64,000 nucleotides of DNA from a virus. The first letter of the stretch is position 1. Every line of letters begins with the position of its first letter. The position numbers were made by a program, and so were the translations under genes. Below, one piece after another: positions 28,292-37,390 of this stretch. The DNA lies in the IMG/VR virus record IMGVR_UViG_3300043331_001676, positions 15,024 through 79,023 of that record. The stretch is one strand, 5' to 3'. Under the pieces are notes generated by a model, which was given only the letters and a program-made list of their open reading frames with translations, did not search any database and had not been told where the DNA came from.

Positions 28292-28329
28292 ACGGGGCTA
28301 AGACAACTGTCTTAGCCCCGTTTCTTTTT
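28292..28329 (+). terminator. Rho-independent terminator-like hairpin before the scaffold gene
   Basis: ACGGGGCTAAGACA-AC-TGTCTTAGCCCCGT then TTCTTTTT. Confidence 0.75.
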
Positions 28330-28349
28330 ATCACTCAGGGAGTGCAACT

Positions 28350-29198
28350 ATGTTCGTTCGCCAAAACTTACTGACCCGGCTCTTTTGGTTTCTTGTCCCG
28401 CTTCTGGCCATCTACCAAAGCGACCCGCCAGCCCTGCCGCCGGCTGCCCCACCCGCTCCCCCAGCCCCAGCCCCACCTACCTCCCCACCCGCCGACCCGG
28501 GTGCCGGCGTGCAGGCCCTGATCGCTCGCCACAACAACGACCTGATGCGGGTGATTGACCATCTGTACGGCGACAACTTTAGCCTGCGGGAAAAGAACCG
28601 GACCCTGAAGGAGCAGGTAAAGGACCTGGGAGAGAAAGCGCCGAAGGATGGCGCGGTGGTCCTGACCAAGGCCGAGGCCGATCTACTGGAGAGCTACAAG
28701 GCCCTCGGCGACATCGAAACGCTAAAGACCGCTCAAAGTGAGCGGGATCAATTCAAGGGAGAGCTAGGAGCGCTCCGCAAAGACGGCATCCTGCGGGACG
28801 TGGCCGAGGTTAGCTCATTCAAGTTCCCGGTACTCAAGACGCTGAGTGAGAACAAAGCGCTCAACGGCGAGACCGAACTTGAATTCGAGATCAAAGAAGT
28901 CGAGAAGGACGGCCAGAGAAAGAAGGTGGCCTTTGTCAAGAACGGCCCTTCGACAGGCTCAGGACAGGCTTCAGGCGAAGCCAAACCCCTGGCCGACTAC
29001 GCCACCGAAAAGTGGGCCGACTTCCTGCCCTCGCTGCAAGCCCAGCCCCAGCCACAAACGAACGGCGTGCCGTATCCAAGCCAGACAACCGGCGGGCCGC
29101 CAGCGCCATCCAACGTCCTGGCCGACTTCAAGAAGCAGAGCCAGGAAGCCCGCGCGGCGCAGCCCAACCCATTGAATCCGGTAGTAGGTAGTAAGTAG
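28350..29198 (+). CDS. Capsid scaffolding protein
   Basis: Pro-rich N-terminus, coiled coil, position before decoration/capsid; in-frame REP peptide PSTGSGQA. Confidence 0.75.
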   Translation: MFVRQNLLTRLFWFLVPLLAIYQSDPPALPPAAPPAPPAPAPPTSPPADPGAGVQALIARHNNDLMRVIDHLYGDNFSLREKNRTLKEQVKDLGEKAPKDGAVVLTKAEADLLESYKALGDIETLKTAQSERDQFKGELGALRKDGILRDVAEVSSFKFPVLKTLSENKALNGETELEFEIKEVEKDGQRKKVAFVKNGPSTGSGQASGEAKPLADYATEKWADFLPSLQAQPQPQTNGVPYPSQTTGGPPAPSNVLADFKKQSQEARAAQPNPLNPVVGSK

Positions 29199-29252
29199 TA
29201 GGGAGTAGGGGAATTTCCCCGTCTACCGTCTACCGTCTACCGTCTACCTCCC
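29180..29252 (+). repeat. Heptamer repeat hairpin (GGTAGTA)n ... (GTCTACC)4
   Basis: Two quasi-complementary heptamer arrays around the scaffold stop codon. Confidence 0.85.
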
Positions 29253-29271
29253 AAGAAGGAGATCTCCTATT

Positions 29272-29931
29272 ATGACCCGACAGACCTTTTATGTTACCAA
29301 ACCACCCTTTGTGGTTGATTCCAAATCCATTGACCGCAACAGCGGCCGGCAGATAGATTGGTCGGTCGTGCCCGATAGCTATCGGATGGGCGCGGTCAAG
29401 GTCGCGGCTGCGACCGTCGCCGATTCCGGCGCGACCACCATGGCCATTACGGCCATCACCGGCGCGATCCCCAGCGGTACGAACCTTTATTTCGGCCAGG
29501 CCGGCGAATTCGCCCGGCTGGCTGCTGCGGCGGCTGCCGGCGCGACCGCGCTGACCGTGGATGCCCTGGGCACCACGATTGAGAGCGGCGACGTGGCCTA
29601 CTACCCCGGCACCGGGGCCAAGACCCTGCCTGCCGGCAAGCTCCTGGTCGAATTGTCCAGTGGCAAGGTAGCCACTCGCGCTGAACGGCCCGGTTCTGAG
29701 GCGGCCTTTGGGTTTCTCGAAACCAACGCTATCGAGAACGAACCCAGCCACGCCCTGACCGGCTACGGCGTCATCGTCGGCGGGGTGCTGTTTGAGAACC
29801 TGCTGCCGGATGCGGCTGCCGGCACCACCGGCGCGCTGACCGATGCCTACAAGCAGGAGCTGGTCGGCAACACCTCCAACCCCAAGTCCACCGGCTTTGT
29901 CTTTGAACAATACGCCGATAACCGCAGTTAG
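29272..29931 (+). CDS. Head decoration protein
   Basis: GRQIDW, KTLPAG, GVIVGGVLFENLLPD; directly before the capsid gene. Confidence 0.75.
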   Translation: MTRQTFYVTKPPFVVDSKSIDRNSGRQIDWSVVPDSYRMGAVKVAAATVADSGATTMAITAITGAIPSGTNLYFGQAGEFARLAAAAAAGATALTVDALGTTIESGDVAYYPGTGAKTLPAGKLLVELSSGKVATRAERPGSEAAFGFLETNAIENEPSHALTGYGVIVGGVLFENLLPDAAAGTTGALTDAYKQELVGNTSNPKSTGFVFEQYADNRS

Positions 29932-29968
29932 CCAGGGGCTAAAGCAAAGAAAGATAAGGAGATAAACC

Positions 29969-31084
29969 ATGAACTTCAATTTTGCTCAAGCCCTGGCCGC
30001 CCTGCCCCCAGACGCGGCTTTCCAGATCGCCAACGAGGCCCGGCCCCCGGCCAGCTACCTGTTTGCGACACTGCTGCCGGAGCGGCCGGTCTATGACTAC
30101 CAGGCCAAGGCCGGCTCGATGACCGTGCGGACGACAATGGCCGGCCTGGCCGCGATGGACTCGCCCTATCCTGAAGGCGGACTGATCGAGGTCGAGACCT
30201 TCAGTGAGAATACTGCCAAGGTCGCCAACCGGGTCCGGCTGCCTGAAGCCGCGCTCCGCCAGCTTCAGAATATGGTCAAGGAGCTGATGCTCAGTAACCA
30301 GCCGACCCTGGAAGTCCTCCAGCGCGAGGCCCTCAACTTCGTGGACAAGCTCATCGTCCAGGCCCACCTGGACACCTTTGAGTGGCTGCGCGGCAAGGCT
30401 CTGGTGACTGGCGCAATCAATTGGACCTTCAACAAGAAGCAACTGTTGGTGGATTACGGCATTCCCTCGGCCAACCTGCTGACCAACCGGACCGGCAATG
30501 ATGCCTACAGCGGCAGCGCCTCCAAGTTCTGGGACGATGTCCAGTCGGCCCGGCGCAAGCTCAAACGCGCCATCCGGGCGGCCATCGCCCACCCGGACAC
30601 GATTGACGACATCGTGTACAACAGCGCTAACTCCATCTGGAATGCGAGCGAGGGCAGCGGCGGGGCGATCACCATCACCCGGCGCGCCGGCGGGCAGAGT
30701 ACGGCAGACCGGGCCGAGGAGACCGAACTATACCGGATCACCCTGATCCCTTACGGCCTGGAAGGCGAGATCTTCGACCTGGCCAACCCCGGCCAGACCG
30801 TGACCGTGCCCTTCATGCCGCGCGGCAAGGTGCTCTTTATCGGCAACGAGGCCCGCCCCCGCTTCATCGTGGGCGAAGGCTCGACGCCGGAAGTGCAGAA
30901 CGCGCTGGGCTACACCCACCTGGCCCCGACCGTCGAGGGCGGCGGACGGCCCGGACGCTGGAGCCGGGTCTACACGCCCGAAGCCGAGCCGTGGGCGCTG
31001 GAGGCTCAGGGAGTAAGTAATGGCCTCCCCGTGATCGAAAATGTTAATTTGATCGTGGTTAGTTCCACGGACATGAGTGCGTAA
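29969..31084 (+). CDS. Major capsid protein (lambda gpE-like)
   Basis: 371 aa, EWLRGKAL.TG.I, VDYGIP, C-terminal GLPVI; module position. Confidence 0.88.
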   Translation: MNFNFAQALAALPPDAAFQIANEARPPASYLFATLLPERPVYDYQAKAGSMTVRTTMAGLAAMDSPYPEGGLIEVETFSENTAKVANRVRLPEAALRQLQNMVKELMLSNQPTLEVLQREALNFVDKLIVQAHLDTFEWLRGKALVTGAINWTFNKKQLLVDYGIPSANLLTNRTGNDAYSGSASKFWDDVQSARRKLKRAIRAAIAHPDTIDDIVYNSANSIWNASEGSGGAITITRRAGGQSTADRAEETELYRITLIPYGLEGEIFDLANPGQTVTVPFMPRGKVLFIGNEARPRFIVGEGSTPEVQNALGYTHLAPTVEGGGRPGRWSRVYTPEAEPWALEAQGVSNGLPVIENVNLIVVSSTDMSA

Positions 31085-31185
31085 GTTTCAAAGAGGTGGC
31101 AGCCGCTCACAGTAGCGGCCGCCACCGCCTTAAAGCGTCCATTCTCACACCCCTAAAGGGTGTGCCAGGGGCAGGGAGAATTGTT

Positions 31186-32085
31186 ATGGAGCAGACATTC
31201 AAGATCATGCTGGCCCGCTTCCCCGGCGGGGATGCCGAGCACCCGGCCGAGGTGAACTGGATCATCAACACCCTGCTGTTTTGCAAGGATGATCCGCGCA
31301 TCGGCGGCCTGGAGCACTTCTTTCTCAACGACACGCCGGTGACGATGTCGCGCAACCGCTGCGTCCGCGAGGCGATTGCGAGGGGTGTGGACATCCTGCT
31401 CATGGTGGACAGCGACATGGGGCCGGACCTGGTCAATGCCGACCACTGGTTCTGGCCCAGTGCGCTGGATTTCATCGCCAGCCGCTGGCACATCGCGCCA
31501 ACGATCATCGCCGCGCCCTACTGCGGCCCGCCGCCGCACGAGAATGTCTACATCTTCCGCTGGCGCAAGTACCAATCCGACCACGCCAACCCCGACTACA
31601 AGCTGGACCAGTTCACCCGCGAAGAGGCGGCGGAGCGCAAGGGCATCGAGGCCGTGGCTGCTCTGCCGACAGGACTTATCGCCATTGATATGCGGGTTTT
31701 TACCGGCTTCAAAGCAGGTGATGAGCTTCTCAGGCTCCCCACGCCCTGGTTCTACTACGAGTGGTCGGACGAGTATCAGAGCCACAAAGCCTCAACCGAG
31801 GACGTGACCTTTACCCGTGACGTGCACCTGCTCTTTGGCGCGCACGGCCTGGACACCGTCTTTGTGGATTGGGACGCCTGGGCGGTCCACTTCAAGACCA
31901 AGGGTGTGCCGAAGCCGGCGATGGTTGATCCCGGCGGGCTGGCCCGGCTATTCAAGCAGCGGGCCAGCGAAGTGGCCCGTAGGAGTGCCGGCCCAATGGG
32001 TCCCCAGGCGCTCGGTTCTGTGCCAGCAAACGGCCAGGAGCATGAGCCGCTCACGGTCAACGTTCCTGCCTTTATGCGACCGTAA
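31186..32085 (+). CDS. GT-A fold (GT2-like) glycosyltransferase
   Basis: SRNRCV, LLMVDSDM (DxD), TGLIAIDMRVF, TEDVTF, late His. Confidence 0.85.
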   Translation: MEQTFKIMLARFPGGDAEHPAEVNWIINTLLFCKDDPRIGGLEHFFLNDTPVTMSRNRCVREAIARGVDILLMVDSDMGPDLVNADHWFWPSALDFIASRWHIAPTIIAAPYCGPPPHENVYIFRWRKYQSDHANPDYKLDQFTREEAAERKGIEAVAALPTGLIAIDMRVFTGFKAGDELLRLPTPWFYYEWSDEYQSHKASTEDVTFTRDVHLLFGAHGLDTVFVDWDAWAVHFKTKGVPKPAMVDPGGLARLFKQRASEVARRSAGPMGPQALGSVPANGQEHEPLTVNVPAFMRP

Positions 32086-32103
32086 ACAGAAAGAGGTCCT
32101 TAA

Positions 32104-32478
32104 ATGCCTAAAGTCAACCTAACCGGAACCTATGGCTATCGCAACCCGGCCACCCGCGAGATGGTTTACTACGGCCCCGGTATGGGGATTGAGGTACCGC
32201 AAGGGCTGGTAGATACCCTGGGGCTGGACGTGCTGCCGGAAGCCGAGGTCAAGGCTGCACCAGTCGCAGTTACCAACAAGGCGGGGCAGGAACCGGCGAC
32301 CGCAGGGAGGGACGGCGATCTGCCCGAAGATTTTCCGGGCCGTAAGTTCCTGGTCCAGGCGGGCCATACCACCCTGGCCGATGTCAAAACGCTGTCCATT
32401 GACCAGCTCATTGAGGTGAGGGGCATCGGCACCCGGCTGGCCGAGCAAATCCTGCAAAAGGTGAATGAAGATGCTTAA
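32104..32478 (+). CDS. Helix-hairpin-helix domain protein
   Basis: LVQAG.TTL.DV....DQLIEVRGIG..LAEQI. Confidence 0.8.
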   Translation: MPKVNLTGTYGYRNPATREMVYYGPGMGIEVPQGLVDTLGLDVLPEAEVKAAPVAVTNKAGQEPATAGRDGDLPEDFPGRKFLVQAGHTTLADVKTLSIDQLIEVRGIGTRLAEQILQKVNEDA

Positions 32479-32926
32479 CAAAATTTTGTTTGCCCTGATC
32501 CTGATCCTACTTCTGGCTTTTCCGGCGATGGCCCAAGATGCCGACACGCCTCCGGCAACCGCAGCCGAGGGCTTGCAGTGGCTGGCTGCGGGCCTGGCCG
32601 CGCTGGCCGGCCTGCTGGCCTACGCTGTGACCGACGCCATAAAGCGCATCCCCTGGCTGAATGATGAGGAGAAATCAAAAATCTCCGGCCCGATGGCGAA
32701 CCTGGTGGCGGCAGTGGTTTCGATTGCCAGCGGCTACCTGGTGGGTAGCTTTGGCCAGGTAGCCGGGTTCCTGGACGAGAGCGGCCTGTGGCAGGTGGTT
32801 GTCTTTGCCTGGCCGGCAGCCAAAGCCTGGTTTGAGGTCACGCCCCGGCATAACTATGTCGAGCTTCAATCGGTACTGGAAGAGGTCAGAGAGGTCGAAG
32901 CGTGGCCCTCGAACCAACAGTCCTGA
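32471..32926 (+). CDS. Membrane protein, holin-like
   Basis: Signal peptide-like start, 2-3 TM helices, VTDAIKRIPW. Confidence 0.6.
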   Translation: MLNKILFALILILLLAFPAMAQDADTPPATAAEGLQWLAAGLAALAGLLAYAVTDAIKRIPWLNDEEKSKISGPMANLVAAVVSIASGYLVGSFGQVAGFLDESGLWQVVVFAWPAAKAWFEVTPRHNYVELQSVLEEVREVEAWPSNQQS

Positions 32927-33294
32927 TCGAACCGCAGGGCCGGCTGCAGGCCGGCCTCTTTCCCGACGGCGACATTGTCACCAGGGTGACCGCCTGGCTG
33001 GCCACAGCCTACACCAAAGTTGGCGGGATCACGGGCAGCCTGCAAGATGCCGCCGCCACAGCTTACACCTATTACCTGGCCTACAGCCACGTGGCCGACC
33101 GGCTGGCGAATGAACCCAACAGCGTCAGTGTGGACAGCGCGGCCAATGTCAGCAAGGCGGTCGGCCAGGACCGGATCGCTTACTTCAGCCGGCTGGCCCA
33201 GAAGTATCTGGACGAGTACGAGGGCTATCTCTCGACCCCGGCCAACCCGGAGCGGCCCCGGTCAGGGTGGGTCAGAAACCAGCCGGTGTTTTAG
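32902..33294 (+). CDS. Head-tail adaptor/connector protein
   Basis: Size and position after the capsid module. Confidence 0.6.
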   Translation: MALEPTVLIEPQGRLQAGLFPDGDIVTRVTAWLATAYTKVGGITGSLQDAAATAYTYYLAYSHVADRLANEPNSVSVDSAANVSKAVGQDRIAYFSRLAQKYLDEYEGYLSTPANPERPRSGWVRNQPVF

Positions 33295-33338
33295 GTAGTA
33301 GGTACGAAGTGGCCCGTAGAGGCCAGTAGGTAGTAAGT

Positions 33339-33773
33339 GTGTTCATCTCTAACGCGACCTTGCAGAGCCTAAGACAGATCCACCAATCGGCAATGATGGA
33401 TGAGGCGGAGCTGTATAAGCGCTTCGTGGGCGGGCCGGACCAGTACAATATGCCGGAGCCGGACCGGTACACCTACCTGGCTACTCTACCCTGCGCCTTC
33501 CGGCCCTCTCCCGGCAGCAGCGCGGCCAGCTCGGAGGGGATGACCAGAAGCGAGGTACCGCTCCTGGACGGCCTGATCTCCTTCAACTTCGATGTCGAGC
33601 GCGCCCACGAGGTTGATTTGAGCAACTTCGACCGGGTCAAGATAGTGAAACTTCACGGTGAGCGGCTGGATAAACCGCTGCTGTTCGACCTGGCCGGGCC
33701 GGCGCGCCGGGATAATCTGGCCAATATTTTTCCGCTCAAGCGGGTGACTGAAAGGGAAGCCGAGGATGGATGA
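33339..33773 (+). CDS. Head closure protein
   Basis: Position; PCAF and DRVKI beta pattern. Confidence 0.6.
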   Translation: MFISNATLQSLRQIHQSAMMDEAELYKRFVGGPDQYNMPEPDRYTYLATLPCAFRPSPGSSAASSEGMTRSEVPLLDGLISFNFDVERAHEVDLSNFDRVKIVKLHGERLDKPLLFDLAGPARRDNLANIFPLKRVTEREAEDG

Positions 33774-33999
33774 GAACAAGTGGCAGGTCATTGTGGCCGA
33801 GTGCGAGAAGTTGAGCGAGGCTACCGGCGCGAAGGTGCTGCCGCTTCAGCCACCGGCAGAAGGCCAGCCGGTGGGCCTGGAATGGGCCGACCCCTGGGTG
33901 CGCGAGGGGCGCTACCTGGACTGGCTGACCAGTTTTTTAATGCGGGTCAACGGCGCGCTTCAGCGCGAAGACCAGGAACCAGAGGCCGGGAGTAGATGA
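33766..33999 (+). CDS. Hypothetical protein
   Basis: Coupled ORF in the neck operon. Confidence 0.6.
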   Translation: MDENKWQVIVAECEKLSEATGAKVLPLQPPAEGQPVGLEWADPWVREGRYLDWLTSFLMRVNGALQREDQEPEAGSR

Positions 34000-34424
34000 C
34001 CGCCGAAGCCAAGGTCAACTGGTATGAGGACAAGGTCCGGCTGGTAATTGACGAAAAAACCGGCCAGACCCTGCTCAATGCCGCTTTTCGCATCGAGGAG
34101 CGGACCAAGGTCAATATCAACCAGGCTCCCGGCGCAAGTGGGCAAGGATTGATTGACACCAGCTTTATGCTCAACTCGACCTACGTGGTTGGGCCGAAGG
34201 TGAGTACCTATGACCAGGCGCTAAGGTCCGGGATGTACACCAACCGGGCCGGCGAAGAAGTCGAGCGCAACCTGGCCCCCCAGGCGGACCTGCCCAGGGA
34301 TGCGGCAGCGCTGGTTGCCGTGGGGGCCGAATATGCCGTTTTTCAGGAGATCATCCATCACTTTTTCTTTCAGGCTATTGAGGATACCTCAAGGGAGCTT
34401 GGCGGACTGATCGAGAAATTTTGA
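33996..34424 (+). CDS. HK97 gp10-like neck protein
   Basis: IDTSFMLNS, VAVGAEYAVFQE, FF.QA. Confidence 0.75.
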   Translation: MTAEAKVNWYEDKVRLVIDEKTGQTLLNAAFRIEERTKVNINQAPGASGQGLIDTSFMLNSTYVVGPKVSTYDQALRSGMYTNRAGEEVERNLAPQADLPRDAAALVAVGAEYAVFQEIIHHFFFQAIEDTSRELGGLIEKF

Positions 34425-34435
34425 TGAGCGACCTG

Positions 34436-34468
34436 TAGTGAGCCTGTCGAATAGTGAGCCTGTCGAAC
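34436..34468 (-). repeat. Two tandem REP-like half elements
   Basis: TAGTGAGCCTGTCGAA twice (reverse complement of TTCGACAGGCTCAC). Confidence 0.8.
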
Positions 34469-34469
34469 T

Positions 34470-34853
34470 ATGCGCGACACCGACGCGGCCCTGACCGCTT
34501 TTTTACTGGCCCGACCCGGCCTGACTGCCGTAGCCGGGCAGCGGATCCACGCCAGCCTTTACCTGCCGAAGGGCTATAAGCCGGATGATGGGCCGGCGCT
34601 CATTTTTAACCCGCGCGGCGGGGGGCAGGATTATTCCAGGCTGGTCCTGTCGCCATCGTACCAATTCAGAAGCTTTGGCCTGACCCAGGCCGAGGCCCGC
34701 CGGCTGGACCGGGCGCTTTACGATGCACTCAATGACGCGCAGTGCTATCCAATCAAGATGGCCCGGATGGAATCCATCGGCCAACTTTTTCAGGAACCGG
34801 ACACAGGGTGGCCGTTCGTTCTGACATTTTATCGAATTGATTTCTGCAATTAG
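34470..34853 (+). CDS. Tail terminator (DUF3168-like)
   Basis: L.A.PGLTAVAGQRI, QFRSFG.T..EARRL...LYDAL. Confidence 0.8.
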   Translation: MRDTDAALTAFLLARPGLTAVAGQRIHASLYLPKGYKPDDGPALIFNPRGGGQDYSRLVLSPSYQFRSFGLTQAEARRLDRALYDALNDAQCYPIKMARMESIGQLFQEPDTGWPFVLTFYRIDFCN

Positions 34854-34965
34854 GTAGTAGGTAGTAGGTAGTAGGTAGTAGGGGTTTCCTGTACCCCAGG
34901 GGGGACCCAACGGGCCGAATCAGGCGAAGCGCTCTCTACCGTTCTACTGTCTACCGTCTACCGCC
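34851..34965 (+). repeat. (TAGGTAG)4 array, GGACCCAACGGGCCGAATC element and (GTCTACC)n array
   Basis: Array starts in the TAG stop; 19-mer also present at 28033. Confidence 0.85.
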
Positions 34966-34982
34966 CAAGAAGGAGACCTACT

Positions 34983-35318
34983 ATGGCACGAACAGCCTTA
35001 TCTGTGCAAACCATCGTCCAGGGCGGGATGACGCCCAGTTACGTTGCGGCCAATACCGACGGCCACTCGTTTGTCAACAACGGCAATACCTACCTGGCGA
35101 TCATCAACAACCATACCTCGGCCACCATGACGGCCACCATCGCCCACCCGGGCCAGATTGACGGCCTGGAGGTGGCCGACCAGGTGGTGTCGGTGGCCGG
35201 CGCCAGTACCAAGTACATTGGACCGTTTTCGGCCCGCTTCCACCAGCCGGGGACCAACGACGTGAACGTGGACGTGAGCTCGACCGCTGCCTCGGTCGGC
35301 GCGTTCAGGATCGGCTAG
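34983..35318 (+). CDS. Small virion structural protein
   Basis: Beta-rich; DGHSFVNNG, KYIGPF; AAGGAG RBS. Confidence 0.7.
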   Translation: MARTALSVQTIVQGGMTPSYVAANTDGHSFVNNGNTYLAIINNHTSATMTATIAHPGQIDGLEVADQVVSVAGASTKYIGPFSARFHQPGTNDVNVDVSSTAASVGAFRIG

Positions 35319-35327
35319 GAGGATCAT

Positions 35328-35912
35328 ATGGCTGTAGCAGACATCCTGATTACCCCGGTCTGGGTCTGGTCCAGTCCGGTTGGCACGCCCAGGCCCTACG
35401 AGAGCGTGGCCTACGGCGCTGCCTGGCCCGGCTGGAAGCGGCTGGGCTATACCAACAGCCCGCTGACCTCCAATCTGGAGCGAGAGCGAACCAACAAGAT
35501 GGTCGAGCAGGCTATGAGCAAGGTCGGCAGCCAGGTGACCGGCGAAACGTTGACCTTTGAAACGGCCCTGGCCGAGTTCACCCTGGCCAACCTGCAACTG
35601 CTCTGGCCGGGTATACTGACGATCACGCCGGCAGCGGTCGGCCAGCCGGGAACCGAGCGGCTGGTTGGGGGCAACAAAGCCTGCCTTTCGACGCTCCAAT
35701 GGGGCTTTGAGGGCCTGTACCAGAACGAGGATTGCAGCGTAAGTTTGCCGCTGCGCTTCTGGTGCATTGGTGAGGCCGAGATGGGCGGCCAGCTCGAATT
35801 CGGCAAGGCGACCCAGACGGGGCTGCCGCTCAGGGTCGAGGCCAGCTTCGACTTTGCTACCGGCCAGCTCTACGAGTGGTTCAAGGTGGTAGCCCCGGCG
35901 CTGTCCGCCTAG
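35328..35912 (+). CDS. Tail tube (major tail) protein
   Basis: WKRLGYT, FETALAEFTLANL; precedes the chaperone. Confidence 0.82.
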   Translation: MAVADILITPVWVWSSPVGTPRPYESVAYGAAWPGWKRLGYTNSPLTSNLERERTNKMVEQAMSKVGSQVTGETLTFETALAEFTLANLQLLWPGILTITPAAVGQPGTERLVGGNKACLSTLQWGFEGLYQNEDCSVSLPLRFWCIGEAEMGGQLEFGKATQTGLPLRVEASFDFATGQLYEWFKVVAPALSA

Positions 35913-35937
35913 TTCTGAACGCTCTTTTTTAAATCAA

Positions 35938-35970
35938 GCCGGAGCCGGCCCTTTCCGGCCTCCGGCTTTT
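35938..35970 (+). terminator. Rho-independent terminator
   Basis: GCCGGAGCCGG...CCGGCCTCCGGC then T5. Confidence 0.7.
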
Positions 35971-35994
35971 TAATTTCCTAAGAGGAGATACAAA

Positions 35995-36513
35995 GTGGCT
36001 GACGAACCAAAGGAAACAAAAGTTGTTCCAATCGAATACGCCGAGCTTGGGTTCGGCGAAAAAGTCTACCAGGTGCCGGCAGCGGGCCTGATCCGGTCAG
36101 AGACCTGGCGGGCCAGGCTGCAACAGGAGATCGATGCCCTGGTGGGCCTGCTCAAGGAGCAGGGCGGGATTTTTGAAAATATTGACCCGGGTAATCTGAA
36201 AGAAACCCTATCCGGCCTGAGCGCCATCGAGCTTGTGCCGGTAGTTGCTGCGGCGTTTGCCCAACTCAATGTCTCGATGTCGAGCCTGGGTGAGATCATC
36301 TGCCTGTATAGCCCTGATTTGGAAAGGGACCGGGATTACATCCTGGAGCACACCACGACCAGGCAGGCTATTGCCGCAGTGATGGAGATGGTCAAGTTTG
36401 AATTCCCTTTTGGTATGGTCTTCGGCCAGAACGGGAAGACGCCTGGCCCGCCGGCAGCTACGACGTTGCCGAACTCGCTTACGCGGCCTGGCAAATCCCG
36501 CCGCAGGAATTAG
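35995..36513 (+). CDS. Tail assembly chaperone G
   Basis: Between tail tube and tape measure; slippery site near 3' end. Confidence 0.8.
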   Translation: MADEPKETKVVPIEYAELGFGEKVYQVPAAGLIRSETWRARLQQEIDALVGLLKEQGGIFENIDPGNLKETLSGLSAIELVPVVAAAFAQLNVSMSSLGEIICLYSPDLERDRDYILEHTTTRQAIAAVMEMVKFEFPFGMVFGQNGKTPGPPAATTLPNSLTRPGKSRRRN

Positions 36514-36719
36514 ACCGGATGGACAGCCTGACCGTCCAGCGCCTGGTTTTCGCCTGGATGCGCCGCAAGCGATGGGAGAGCCGGCTGCTGGCCGGGGAGA
36601 TAGCCGCTCTATTTACACCCCCCGGCGCAAAGCCGGCAGGACGCAACTCCGCTCCGGCCCGGACCGTGGGCAGGATCAGCGGCGGCGAAATGTTAGCGAT
36701 GATGGGAGTAACGCTTTGA
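36405..36719 (+). CDS. Tail assembly chaperone T portion, reached by -1 frameshift at C CCT TTT
   Basis: X XXY YYZ heptamer at 36405-36411 in the G frame; -1 frame opens right after TGA 36399-36401 and runs to 36719. Confidence 0.8.
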   Translation, partial: PFWYGLRPEREDAWPAGSYDVAELAYAAWQIPPQELDRMDSLTVQRLVFAWMRRKRWESRLLAGEIAALFTPPGAKPAGRNSAPARTVGRISGGEMLAMMGVTL

Positions 36720-37390
36720 TCACTTTTAACGCCCCTATCGGCCAATACCTCGACCCGGCGGGCCTGGAGCACCTACACCTGAGCCTGACCATCGGCCTGC
36801 CCCCCGACGCCTCCCTGCCCGAAGCGCCGGGCCGGACCTGCCTGCCGGGGATGCTTGAGCTGATGGGCGCGCGGGTGGGCGTGGAGGTGGGGGTGCAGCG
36901 GGGCGAGTTCTCGGCTTATCTGCTGGCCAACTGGCCGGGCAAGCTGTGGCTGGTGGACCCCTGGCAGGCGCAGGGGCCGGAGTATGTGGACGTGGCCAAC
37001 GTATCGAATACTGAGCACGAGGCCAACTACCAGGCCACCCTGGAGGCGATGCGGCCCTTTGCCGGCCGCTACGACATCATCCGGGGCTACTCGGCCTGCG
37101 CTGCCGGCTTCTTTGAAGATAGCGCCCTGGATTTTGTTTACCTGGACGGCAACCACGGCTACGAAGCTGTGACCCTGGACCTGAACGCCTGGTGGCCCAA
37201 GCTCAGGGTCGGCGGGCTGCTGGCCGGCCACGATTTTTTAGATTACGACGGCCCGCTGGGGTCGTTCCGGGTCCGCCAGGCGGTGCTGGAGTTTGCTGCC
37301 GACCTATCCCCGGTTTCCCACGGGGAAAGGGAACGGCGGGTTTACGCCTCCCGCGAGCCGTGGCCGTCGCTGTGGTACATCGTGAAGTGA
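36716..37390 (+). CDS. Class I SAM methyltransferase (Methyltransf_24-like)
   Basis: GVEVGVQRG, LVDPW, DFVYLDGNHGYE, GGLLAGHD; TTG start overlapping TGA. Confidence 0.88.
   Translation: MITFNAPIGQYLDPAGLEHLHLSLTIGLPPDASLPEAPGRTCLPGMLELMGARVGVEVGVQRGEFSAYLLANWPGKLWLVDPWQAQGPEYVDVANVSNTEHEANYQATLEAMRPFAGRYDIIRGYSACAAGFFEDSALDFVYLDGNHGYEAVTLDLNAWWPKLRVGGLLAGHDFLDYDGPLGSFRVRQAVLEFAADLSPVSHGERERRVYASREPWPSLWYIVK

Noticed and set aside
35917-35928. Thirteenth copy of the junction motif (GAACGCTCTTTT)
   Set aside because: Intergenic, but two mismatches in the core arms; not counted
36398-36715. N-terminal 106 aa of the ORF-track methyltransferase
   Set aside because: Overlaps the chaperone G/T frames; a better TTG start with RBS exists at 36716
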